A DNA stretch of 51,780 nt from Bacteroidales bacterium (GTDB lineage: Bacteria; Bacteroidota; Bacteroidia; Bacteroidales; WCHB1-69): NCBI GenBank assembly GCA_028684405.1, contig JAQUGA010000003.1, positions 1 to 51,780 on the forward strand. Reading direction: 5' to 3'. The position numbers were made by a program, and so were the translations under genes. The notes beneath the pieces were generated by a model, which saw nothing but the letters and a program-made list of their open reading frames with translations, had not been told where the DNA came from and did no database searches. Below, in pieces: positions 28,801-37,113 of the stretch. Positions within the stretch are counted from its first letter, which is position 1; each line of letters begins with the position of its first letter.

Positions 28801-30441
28801 TCGTTTTCGTCTATTATTCATGAAGTTTATCGTGACCATTTTCAGCAATTTGTAGAACTTAATACAAAGAATCCAGAAATGTTCTCTTTTTATGATGTGC
28901 CCATGATTCACAAAATGGGACACATCGTAGCCGTTGAAATGCAAGGATATCCCGTTTTTGATAAAAACCACCAACTTATAGCCTATTCAGGCGTGCTTCG
29001 CGATATTGCTTTGCCAAAATTGAACGAAGAGCTCAGAAGAAGCAAGGAGGTAGCCGAAGGGATTTCCAAAATGAAACAAGAATTTTTGGACAATATTAGC
29101 CACGAAATACGTACACCTTTAAATGCTATTGTCGGGATTGCCGAAATTTTGAGTAAAAAGAAAATGGATGAGGAACAACGACAATTTATAGAGGCTATTA
29201 AGAAAAATGGAGGCACTTTGCTGAGCTTGATAAACAATGTTTTAGACTTGTCAAAAATTGATTCTGGAAAATTAAAACTGAATAGCGAACGTCTTGATAT
29301 GGACGTATTGTTGAATGATTTGTTTGTAGCCTTTATGTCGCTTGCCAATTCCAAAGGCTTGAAACTCAATTTTGTAGTCGATCCGGCCTTGCCAAAATTT
29401 ATCCAGATCGATGGATTGCGATTTAAGCAGGTGTTTTTGAATCTACTCTCCAACGCTGTGAAGTTTGCCGAAAAAGGATACATCCGCCTCGAAGTAATGA
29501 CCTCTGAAGTGCTTTCTGGTAAATGCAATTTGATTATTAAATTTAAGGATACAGGTCCCGGTATTCCCAAAGAAGAGGTAGATTTGATTTGGGATCCTTT
29601 TGTGCAGTTAAAAAACAATAAGCAATTCAAACTCGGTGGAAGCGGATTGGGACTCGATATTACGAAAAAGATTGTAGAGTTGATGAAAGGCAGCATAACA
29701 GTGGAAAGTAAATTGAACCAAGAAACTTGTTTTACTGTATCCTTGCCCGATGTTCAAGTTGTCGATACGAAAGAGAAAAATCCCTCTGCTTATTTTACCA
29801 CTTGTATTTTATTGGCTTTTTCGGAAGAAGATTCTATATTATTGTCCGAAATTGTGTTGCAAAATCAGCTCGTCTGCGATTGTTTAGTGTTCTCTTCGGT
29901 GGATGAAATTGGAGTAATACCCGAAAATGCTCTATTGCTGGTGGATGAGGACCTGTTTTATAGCAGTAGTAAAGATGAGTTTTTCTTGAGTTTTTCTGGA
30001 AAAATAATTGTTTTTGTGTCTCAACTGTCTTCCTACAAGACTTCACAATTGACTCATGTTCGTTGCTATTGCAAGTCTAGGTTTGCGATTGTTGATGCAG
30101 TTCGCCGATTGAAAGATATTAAACCAGCAGACGTCTTTTTGCAAAAAGAATTGTCTATTAATAACACCTCAACATCTATGAATCTTGATTTTGGGTACAA
30201 TGAATTTTTTGATTTGCAAGCCGATCCCTTATGGGAAAAAGCAAGTTCGACCAATGCTATTAATGATATGGCTGAATTTTCGAATAGTTTACTTGAGTTT
30301 GCCGAGGAGAAAAGGATTGTTATTTTGAAAGATTATGCACAAAAATTAGCTTTGGCTGTAAAAATGTTCGATATCGAAAAAATCCCAGAATTATTAAAAC
30401 GCTATCCTGATGTTAAAAAGAATGTACTAGAATTGTTTTAA
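25822..30441 (+). CDS. Membrane-anchored multi-PAS (and GAF-like) hybrid sensor histidine kinase with divergent C-terminal receiver-like and HPt-like regions
   Basis: Signal/TM segments, a coiled coil, then several PAS-like units each ending in ..RDIT/RDVT/KDVS. H-box ISHEIRTPLNAIVG, N-box LLSNAVKFAEKG, G1 FKDTGPGIP, G2 GGSGLGLDITKKIV. Confidence 0.9.
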   Translation: MMKILIFIFLFILKSGSCFDNSQSDKNLFIVQSSEQTTQSFSFFLSASASGAGKQLDLIRQIDRSSFIIKILNLFIFLLFLAVFLIGVIALRYFIRAKRELVEKNEQIGFYNKKLIEKNAQLQKEIKRRMDESIFEMSQRELVLGSLQESDQKFSATFYHHPEMTLIFDLHTEIIFDVNESFLQYFNIEVVDIVEKKISDLTLVRSENSLINIKEELKQRGFVKDYLIELSIAEAKKVSLSMSASIINFGQRECCCLSIRDISALHQENLHLLKFLNRYHKAAPNLNEFLWSIDLDMKFEFVSESVFFLLGYAPSEVVGMSYLELLSSNSQKIIQKQLKLILSNVNEEVETSQTIFEELEYVHKDGRKINYLCWAEVVFDGSYLLRIEGVSKDVSRIHELEAEVITNRHYYGSILNSLNDIVFVFDEKLNLSFISDSIQRFIGYDVDEVMKMPINKYLTEKSIQKLNSLPSFLQFNTIKGESGILDEIDYEMDFISKDGILRTTYVRTRLLLDEKYRLLGYVSIMRDITQEKKLQEKNRKSEMYFKKLFDESPVMMLITDESNMILDVNKTLIEIVGYSMSDLKHLHFDALIQRDESYLSKPEEKDIRAVLKKMNGEKLNVLMSPADFTDPNQKRMNLYVIRDVTEHVQADNLSAIRENQYIAIAETSPNMLIRFDKTISCTYANRAVEKQFQIKIEDVIGKKPNLFISDQIAAKSLYESCLSALIEEKEVAKDIKVMFGNKVRVYNLRVIPEVDAAGFVNSVICVIANVTDYVTAIEDLEKNIQQKAFLNQIIAVCNKATSNESLLKNLHDIFQSFQHDLGFSGVLLDENNKFQNLIYSSLSEQEQLDFLDFILNPLRFFEIKKHFHTVLSINEFSFLSYNILLNDKKRRLDILPLLSKNQVLGFVAFIDLSDEKLKWLMSGVELLIVRETGSAVHRILTEQRHFESNESYRLLVEATDDMVWRVCRNLNFMFVSSKSKQLLGYLPDELMNVSFSSIIHEVYRDHFQQFVELNTKNPEMFSFYDVPMIHKMGHIVAVEMQGYPVFDKNHQLIAYSGVLRDIALPKLNEELRRSKEVAEGISKMKQEFLDNISHEIRTPLNAIVGIAEILSKKKMDEEQRQFIEAIKKNGGTLLSLINNVLDLSKIDSGKLKLNSERLDMDVLLNDLFVAFMSLANSKGLKLNFVVDPALPKFIQIDGLRFKQVFLNLLSNAVKFAEKGYIRLEVMTSEVLSGKCNLIIKFKDTGPGIPKEEVDLIWDPFVQLKNNKQFKLGGSGLGLDITKKIVELMKGSITVESKLNQETCFTVSLPDVQVVDTKEKNPSAYFTTCILLAFSEEDSILLSEIVLQNQLVCDCLVFSSVDEIGVIPENALLLVDEDLFYSSSKDEFFLSFSGKIIVFVSQLSSYKTSQLTHVRCYCKSRFAIVDAVRRLKDIKPADVFLQKELSINNTSTSMNLDFGYNEFFDLQADPLWEKASSTNAINDMAEFSNSLLEFAEEKRIVILKDYAQKLALAVKMFDIEKIPELLKRYPDVKKNVLELF

Positions 30442-30452
30442 ATTATTTTTGT

Positions 30453-31616
30453 ATGAAGGATTATATTCCTAAAATTTTATTAGTTGATGATATTCCCCAA
30501 AATATTCAGGTTTTGGGAGGTTTTTTATCCGATTTGAAATATCATTTGTCATATGCAACATCGGCAATGGAAGCTCTAAGGTTGGTTAAATCCAATCAAT
30601 ACGATTTAATATTGCTCGATATAATGATGCCTGATATGGACGGTTTTACATTGTGCCATGAGCTTAAAGGGATAAATGATGTTAGTGAAGTTCCAATTAT
30701 TTTTATTTCTGCTCGAACCGATCAAGATAGTATTTTGAAAGGTTTTCAGATGGGCGGTGTCGATTACATCACCAAGCCTTTTAACTCCCATGAATTGATT
30801 GCCAGAGTGAAAACTCACATCGAACTTCGAAATCAAAAACGAATGCTTCAACAAGTTAATAATCGCCTCGAAGGAATGGTTGATACGCGAACCGAAGAAT
30901 TAAGAAAAGCCAATAATAAATTAATGAAACTCGATGATGCTAAAAATGATTTTTTGCAACTTATCAGTCACGAACTAAGAACACCATTAAATAATATTAC
31001 TTTGTTGTTGGATGTATTGAAATTGAAATTGGTAGATGAAAAATACAATAATTACTTTATCCGTATTGAAGATTCTATGCGTCGATTGATTGAGTTTTCG
31101 GAGTTGGCCTTGCTAATTACAACCATGAGTGCTTCGGTAAATAAACAGTTGAATTGGAATAGAATTATAGCCAAGGATTTGATGGATAACATATTGCAAA
31201 AAAATGCAAGTTTTATCGCCGAAAAAGACATTAAAGTCTACAATACCCTTGAGGTTTCGAACTTGTCATTTATGGGCGAATATTTTTTGATAGAAAAGAG
31301 TTTTGATATTGTAGTCAACAATGCGGTAAAGTACTCTGAATATGGAGGTTCTGTATATATCATTGCCGAAAAAATAGATTCATTTATTGTTTTCAGAATT
31401 AAAGATGAGGGCTGTGGGTTTGATGAGTCATCTATGGAAAGCTTTTTTACCGCTTTTTCAGTTGCACAAATCGACCATCATCAGCAAGGTTTTGGTTTGA
31501 GCTTACGTTTGCTAAATATGATTGTTGAAGCTCATTTTGGAAAAGTAGAAATTCAAAACAATCCAGATGGAAAAGGCGCTACCGTGAGCATCTTTTTGAG
31601 AGAGAATTTGAAGTGA
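30453..31616 (+). CDS. Response-regulator receiver fused to a histidine kinase (REC-HisKA-HATPase)
   Basis: REC: ILLVDD, DLILLDIMMPDMDGF, ISARTD, ITKPF. Coiled linker. H-box ISHELRTPLNNI, N-box VVNNAVKYSEYG, G1 IKDEGCGFD, G2 QGFGLSL. Starts 11 nt after the upstream kinase stop. Confidence 0.9.
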   Translation: MKDYIPKILLVDDIPQNIQVLGGFLSDLKYHLSYATSAMEALRLVKSNQYDLILLDIMMPDMDGFTLCHELKGINDVSEVPIIFISARTDQDSILKGFQMGGVDYITKPFNSHELIARVKTHIELRNQKRMLQQVNNRLEGMVDTRTEELRKANNKLMKLDDAKNDFLQLISHELRTPLNNITLLLDVLKLKLVDEKYNNYFIRIEDSMRRLIEFSELALLITTMSASVNKQLNWNRIIAKDLMDNILQKNASFIAEKDIKVYNTLEVSNLSFMGEYFLIEKSFDIVVNNAVKYSEYGGSVYIIAEKIDSFIVFRIKDEGCGFDESSMESFFTAFSVAQIDHHQQGFGLSLRLLNMIVEAHFGKVEIQNNPDGKGATVSIFLRENLK

Positions 31617-31725
31617 TGATGGCTAAATTTTAATAATTATTTAGTATGGATTTGTTTTTTTTAGGTAAGCTGTTTTTATATGTTAATTTATTTTAAAAAC
31701 ACTTGACTTTTGATTATGATATGCT

Positions 31726-31733
31726 TATATTTG
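31726..31733 (+). promoter_or_regulatory. -7 box (TAnnTTTG) upstream of the (AC)15 leader and the T9SS cargo operon
   Basis: TATATTTG, with a TTG at 31703-31705 giving a 20-nt spacer to a partial -33 element. It would produce a leader of roughly 150 nt that contains the microsatellite. Confidence 0.35.
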
Positions 31734-31839
31734 TCATGTAAAAAAAATTAACTAAATTTATGATTTATGAAAAATTTCTACAGTTTAGAAAGTACAAGCA
31801 TGGCTCCTTCAGGCCGAGCTGTGTTAAGTTCGAGTGGTG

Positions 31840-31876
<37 letters not shown>

Positions 31877-31890
31877 AGTGGAAGAAGGAA

Positions 31891-34800
31891 GTGTGGTTTT
31901 TTAATGATTTTATTTTATTTACCATGTTCACACTAAAGGCTCAGGAAAGAGTTGAATCGTGTGGATTTACCTATGAATGGGTTCATCATATAGGTGATAG
32001 TATAACTTTTGTAGATGAAGAAAATTCCATAGGATGGCTTTTTGACGGTCATGTTTTTAATCCACAGAACCCGCAAATTGTTAGAGAACTTCCAGTTATG
32101 GGAAGATGTGATTGCGTTTATAAGATGATTGAAAACTGCAATGTCTATATTCAAAATACGGATGTTGAAGTATATGATGAAAATTTTCAATATTTATTTA
32201 CATTTGAAGACACAAATTTGAATTCAATTATTCCAGGAGAAAGTTGTTATGAATACCCTTCAAGTGGGGTTTATTATTTGAAAATTATCGAATATTTACC
32301 ATGGATAACAGAAGAATTTGGATGGTATAAACTCCAAGTTGACAAGTATTCAGATATTGAAGATATTATTGATGTTTCAATAAATACCAATGATATATGT
32401 TCGGGGGATCAAATATGTGTGAATATTGAGAATATAAATTTTTACGCATACTATTATATTTATTGGAATGATTCATTAATACAAAGTGGTGATGGTGAGC
32501 TACCACAACAGCAGTATTCATATTGTTTTGGACCTAGCACTATTGGTCTTGGAACTCTTCATGTTAAAATACTAGATGAATGTGAGGGAGAAGCCAATTA
32601 TTATTATAATATTAATGTAAAAAATGTAACCGATTTTGCATTACGAACGCAAGTTTGTTTAAATCAAAATGTTACGATTAGCACTAATAGTATAACTTGG
32701 TGTGAAGATCCTGTCCAAGGAGCTACTTATGCTGTTGACTGGGGCGATGGCACAGCTAGTAGTGGGTTGCCGGCATCACATGCATATTCTTCTTCTGGCA
32801 ATTATAATGTTGCACTAACTATTAATAGTTCGCTCGGGACGCAAACTATTGTTAAACAAATACAAGTAAATCCTTTACCCAATAATGTGAATATTACAGG
32901 ACACAGACACACATGTGCAGGCACATCTACTTATACCATTACCAACCCACAACAAGGAACGAATTATACTTGGACAATATATCCTGCAAATCACGGGAGC
33001 ATCCCATATCCGAATACGGGAACCACCCAAAATATTACATGGAATACACAGAATTTTGGTCAAAATCCAGCTCTACTAATCATTACTTCAAACAATGGTT
33101 GTGTTAATGTGGATACAATACAAATATGGAAATGCTGTTGGAGAGAGGATCCTGCTAACATAGATCTCATATTATACGACCAAGTAATTTCTGAACCATT
33201 AACGAATTTATCATATTTTATAAATGGCGAAGTAACGTTTCAAGGAACAAATACTTACGACAATATTGGTTTTTTTACTGGTCCAGAAGCAAAAATATTA
33301 ATTAACAACAATGCTAAAATTACTTTTAATAATTGTTCTTTTAGTGCACTATGTGGTTATATGTGGGAGGGGATTATCGTTGAGCCAGGCTCTAGGATTA
33401 CAGTAAATGGAACAGCATATGGCAGCTCGCAAATTTGGAATGCTGTTAATGGAATTCGCTCTGAAAATGGTTCGAGATTTACTGTTTTTAATACAATATT
33501 CAATTGTAATTTAAATGGCATTAATGTTCAAACATATTCAGGTATGCATAGAGGGATGGTGTCAAAATGTACTTTTATGTCTACAAATGGACTTGATACT
33601 CCAATGAATTTGCTACCTCCCTATTCTAATCGTAGAGGAGAAACTGGCATTAAAATATCCAGTGTCAATAGTATCCAAATTGGTAACACTGCCAGCACAA
33701 CTAACCAAAACGTATTTAAACATCTAGACTATGGTGTTTACATTGAAAACTCAAATGTTACTTTATATAATAATAGTTTTGGACCAATGCCTATGACATC
33801 TGGTTTTTTTATCATACCCAGTAACGGATATGGTGTTTATGCGTTAAATGGTAATGTGAGTGGTAATACAATTAATGTTGGGAATTCGTCAACAAATACC
33901 ATTTATTCTAATATTTTTACAGATTGTGCAGTTGGTATTTTTGCCAAAAATGATTTTAATGTCAATGTTTATAGAAATGCTTTTAACAGTCCAACAAATA
34001 TTATGAGATTTGGGACTCTATTTATGGATATTGCTTATAGAACTCTAAATATTGCTAACTGTACTATTACAAATCCTGGAATTTTTGGTCTCTCTGTAAT
34101 GAATATACCATACACGACATTAAATATTGATAATAATCATTTTTACAATAATGTTGATGGAGCTAACGAAACCCAGTATAATATTGTCGTTGGCAATGTA
34201 GTACTTACAAAAATTAATGCAGCAAACATAAGAGGAAATGTAATGCATAATTCACTAAATAATGGTAAATTTTTGACAGGAATTGCAATAAGTAATATAG
34301 AGGGCTGGACTGATTTGTTTTATGGAAAACATTATCCATTTATTTTTGGAAATACAATCAATTACAGCCCTTCTATTAACGTTACGACTGAAAGCACCAA
34401 GCGGTGCGGAATTAGGGTGGAAAATTGCAGGAATGCAAATATTGAACAAAATGTCATATCATGTCCTCAAGCAATAAGCAATGAAACAAAAGCTGCACGT
34501 TTAACAGGTATTTATGTAATATCCTCTCCTAGTACAGTATTGTGCCAAAATTATGTCAATCATCGAGGCTTTGGAATTCAATTTGACGGTAATTCAAGGA
34601 ATACTAGAATTATCAAAAATGAATTGACAAATAATTTTTATGGTTTTAAGTTCGTCGGTGCGACTATTGGAAATCAAGCAAATGGCGATAGAGCCTATGA
34701 TAATAAATGGCTTAGCTTTAGGACTGGTCCATATAGAGCAAATGGCGATTTAGCCTCTTCAAGCTTGTGGAGATATAGAATGCCAACTGGGATTTTATAT

Positions 34801-35628
34801 TATAGATTTCTAAATGATATGGATTATTATAATGTAAGCAATTTGAATTCACAAACAACAACACTTGTTGCTTTGGATTGTGGATATACACCCGGTGGTG
34901 GCGGAACCACTCTTTATGTTGAGCAAAACGATTTAAATGGTTCATCTCAGGAAATAGAGTACTTTATTGATGAAGTGGAAAACAAATACTATGATAGGTT
35001 TAATGATGTAAATATATCTCTATCAAATCAGTTGACTAGTGATAATCAGTTGGACATTGAAGATTATTCAAACATCCCAATCTTTAAACAGATTAATGAT
35101 TTAATTTCACAAAGAAATTATGAAGAAGCCTTAAATTTGAATCAATCTATTAATCCTGTTAACTTAATTGAACAGAATATGAAAGTAGTCAATGATGTTT
35201 ATCTGAGAACTTGGGCAAAAGGCAATTTAAATATTCCTGCATCTGACTATTATTCACTTGTCGAAATTGCTCAACAGAGTCCCAAAACTTCAGGTTTTGG
35301 TGTAATAGGAGCATGGGTAATGACACAAAGGTTTGACAATTTGGAAGAAAAGATGGAAGGAAAAAATGCCCAAATTAATCTCAAACAAAATACGAATATT
35401 GTTATATCGCCTAATCCAGCAAAGGGACAAATACTCATTGAAGGCATCAATGAAATTGACGAATTGATTATTTTCGATGCCTTTGGTAGAGTAATGTTCA
35501 ATGTTAAAAATGAAAACCAAGCAACCAGAATAATCAATATTTCATCTTTTAAAGCTGGTATTTATTTTATTCAATTTAAAAACAATAAGACCGGGTTTGT
35601 TTTGATTGAGAAATTTGTAGTTCTTTAA
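31891..35628 (+). CDS. Secreted protein with a PKD domain, right-handed parallel beta-helix repeats and a T9SS type A CTD; function unknown
   Basis: PKD signature AVDWGDGTASSGLPASHAYSSSGNYNV. Long run of N/G-rich ~22-aa repeats (NNSF.., N..I.NN.F...GI..) typical of beta-helix/NosD-like folds. CTD VISPNPAKGQILIEG...IFDAFGRVMF...AGIYFIQF. The start is uncertain: the GTG is the first start after TAG 31876, and the signal peptide WFFNDFILFTMFTLKAQ lacks a basic n-region. Confidence 0.75.
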   Translation: MWFFNDFILFTMFTLKAQERVESCGFTYEWVHHIGDSITFVDEENSIGWLFDGHVFNPQNPQIVRELPVMGRCDCVYKMIENCNVYIQNTDVEVYDENFQYLFTFEDTNLNSIIPGESCYEYPSSGVYYLKIIEYLPWITEEFGWYKLQVDKYSDIEDIIDVSINTNDICSGDQICVNIENINFYAYYYIYWNDSLIQSGDGELPQQQYSYCFGPSTIGLGTLHVKILDECEGEANYYYNINVKNVTDFALRTQVCLNQNVTISTNSITWCEDPVQGATYAVDWGDGTASSGLPASHAYSSSGNYNVALTINSSLGTQTIVKQIQVNPLPNNVNITGHRHTCAGTSTYTITNPQQGTNYTWTIYPANHGSIPYPNTGTTQNITWNTQNFGQNPALLIITSNNGCVNVDTIQIWKCCWREDPANIDLILYDQVISEPLTNLSYFINGEVTFQGTNTYDNIGFFTGPEAKILINNNAKITFNNCSFSALCGYMWEGIIVEPGSRITVNGTAYGSSQIWNAVNGIRSENGSRFTVFNTIFNCNLNGINVQTYSGMHRGMVSKCTFMSTNGLDTPMNLLPPYSNRRGETGIKISSVNSIQIGNTASTTNQNVFKHLDYGVYIENSNVTLYNNSFGPMPMTSGFFIIPSNGYGVYALNGNVSGNTINVGNSSTNTIYSNIFTDCAVGIFAKNDFNVNVYRNAFNSPTNIMRFGTLFMDIAYRTLNIANCTITNPGIFGLSVMNIPYTTLNIDNNHFYNNVDGANETQYNIVVGNVVLTKINAANIRGNVMHNSLNNGKFLTGIAISNIEGWTDLFYGKHYPFIFGNTINYSPSINVTTESTKRCGIRVENCRNANIEQNVISCPQAISNETKAARLTGIYVISSPSTVLCQNYVNHRGFGIQFDGNSRNTRIIKNELTNNFYGFKFVGATIGNQANGDRAYDNKWLSFRTGPYRANGDLASSSLWRYRMPTGILYYRFLNDMDYYNVSNLNSQTTTLVALDCGYTPGGGGTTLYVEQNDLNGSSQEIEYFIDEVENKYYDRFNDVNISLSNQLTSDNQLDIEDYSNIPIFKQINDLISQRNYEEALNLNQSINPVNLIEQNMKVVNDVYLRTWAKGNLNIPASDYYSLVEIAQQSPKTSGFGVIGAWVMTQRFDNLEEKMEGKNAQINLKQNTNIVISPNPAKGQILIEGINEIDELIIFDAFGRVMFNVKNENQATRIINISSFKAGIYFIQFKNNKTGFVLIEKFVVL

Positions 35629-35684
35629 ATTTAAAATTGTACACACTGCTCTTCTGATTGAGAGTAGTGTGTATTTTTATAAAA

Positions 35685-37058
35685 ATGAAAAAAATAATCA
35701 AATTATTATTCTTTTTCATGATTTTTAATTTAAGTCATGGGTATTCTCAAAACTTGGTTTTAAATCCAAGTTTTGAAGATACTTTGGAAATATATAATAA
35801 TATCGTAGTATGGCATAATGGAGTGCCTTCGCTACAAGGAGGTGATATTCAGGGGCTTACTAAGCACTGGAAGGATTCGAGATATTTAACCGAATATAAT
35901 CATCCGATTATAAACCTCTACTTCAATTTTGTTTACCCTAATAGTACAAATGGTCCAAGAATCGGTTCACCATCAAATTCTATGACTAAATATAGGATAG
36001 CACGCACAGGTGATGCCTATGTTGGACATTCTAATATGGTATACCAAGGAAATGTTTCTGATAGTATGAATTTTATACATTGTGGATTGGTTGAGATAGT
36101 TACAGGAGAGTTAAAACAAAACCTTGTAAGTGGCAAGAAGTATAGGGTGAGCTTATATGTTGGCACAACAAATTATCGCAATAAATTGTTTAGCAATGCT
36201 TTAGATATTGTTTTCTTGCCTAATTTTCAATTCTTTGATGCTAACGAGTCCATCTGGGATTCATGTTCATGTGGCATGATACAACACCCCCATGCCGATT
36301 TAAGTTTAAACCGTTCGGTGATGATTACAGATACTTTAGGTTGGCAAAAAGTGGAGTTTGAATATATTGCAAGAGGAGATGAAAAATTTATCAGTATAGG
36401 TAATTTTCGTAAAAGTAAGTGTGAGGGTGAAGAGTTTGATGTTATTGAGGTTAATAGACAAATAAATGAAAATACTTCAGGTCATAAATATTCCTCTTAT
36501 TTTTTCTATGATGATATTGCGGTGTACCCTATAGATGCACCCGAGTTTCCTGCAGATATCGGCATTCAAGATACGTGCATCAACAAAGGCATGCCCATTA
36601 CTTTGGGTGGTGTACATCGGGATGAGTATCATTACTGGTGGTACAATGCCAATGATAGTTTAATAAGTCGGCAGAGTAGCATCACCGTTTATCCCACCGA
36701 GAGTACAAGCTATGTGCTGGTGCAAAAGGATTTTAAATTTGATGAAACACGAGATACGGTACACATAAAAGTAGGCGATTGTCTGCCGCTACCACCAGAC
36801 TTCAGCGGCTACGATTTTGCCATTTATCCCAATCCCAACAAGGGTGATTTTCAAGTGCGGTTCAATACCGCCGTTCCCGAAGGTGCTGTTTTGGAATTGT
36901 ATGATTTATTGGGTCGTAAAATTGCAAAATACATTCTTATAGGTAGTGATAACATTGCTAATATTAGCGGTGTTGATGTGGCTCCAGCTATTTATTACGC
37001 CACTGTAATTGTACCAAATGTTTTTACAAAAAGTGTGAAAATGGTGATAATGAGGTAA
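35685..37058 (+). CDS. Secreted protein with an N-terminal jelly-roll/CBM-like domain, an Ig-like module and a T9SS type A CTD; function unknown
   Basis: Start at ATG 35685 gives a canonical signal peptide MKKIIKLLFFFMIFNLSHGYSQ. NLVLNPSFED...FFYDDIAVYPID frames a CBM-like domain. CTD FAIYPNPNKGDFQVRF...LYDLLGRKIAKY...AIYYATV. Confidence 0.75.
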   Translation: MKKIIKLLFFFMIFNLSHGYSQNLVLNPSFEDTLEIYNNIVVWHNGVPSLQGGDIQGLTKHWKDSRYLTEYNHPIINLYFNFVYPNSTNGPRIGSPSNSMTKYRIARTGDAYVGHSNMVYQGNVSDSMNFIHCGLVEIVTGELKQNLVSGKKYRVSLYVGTTNYRNKLFSNALDIVFLPNFQFFDANESIWDSCSCGMIQHPHADLSLNRSVMITDTLGWQKVEFEYIARGDEKFISIGNFRKSKCEGEEFDVIEVNRQINENTSGHKYSSYFFYDDIAVYPIDAPEFPADIGIQDTCINKGMPITLGGVHRDEYHYWWYNANDSLISRQSSITVYPTESTSYVLVQKDFKFDETRDTVHIKVGDCLPLPPDFSGYDFAIYPNPNKGDFQVRFNTAVPEGAVLELYDLLGRKIAKYILIGSDNIANISGVDVAPAIYYATVIVPNVFTKSVKMVIMR

Positions 37059-37113
37059 GTATGTGTTAAGTTTTTTATTTAAAAGCAAAATCTATAAATT
37101 AAAATAAGACATT

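Noticed and set aside
28983-29696. 237-aa antisense ORF inside the histidine kinase gene. Similar antisense or out-of-frame ORFs occur elsewhere (for example 1581-1862, 2045-2380, 3600-3881, 6397-6711, 18151-18471, 19240-19551, 23191-23568, 42258-42596).
   Set aside because: All lie entirely within, or overlap the ends of, genes with strong motif support on the opposite strand or in another frame. They have low-complexity, motif-free translations and are ordinary shadow ORFs.
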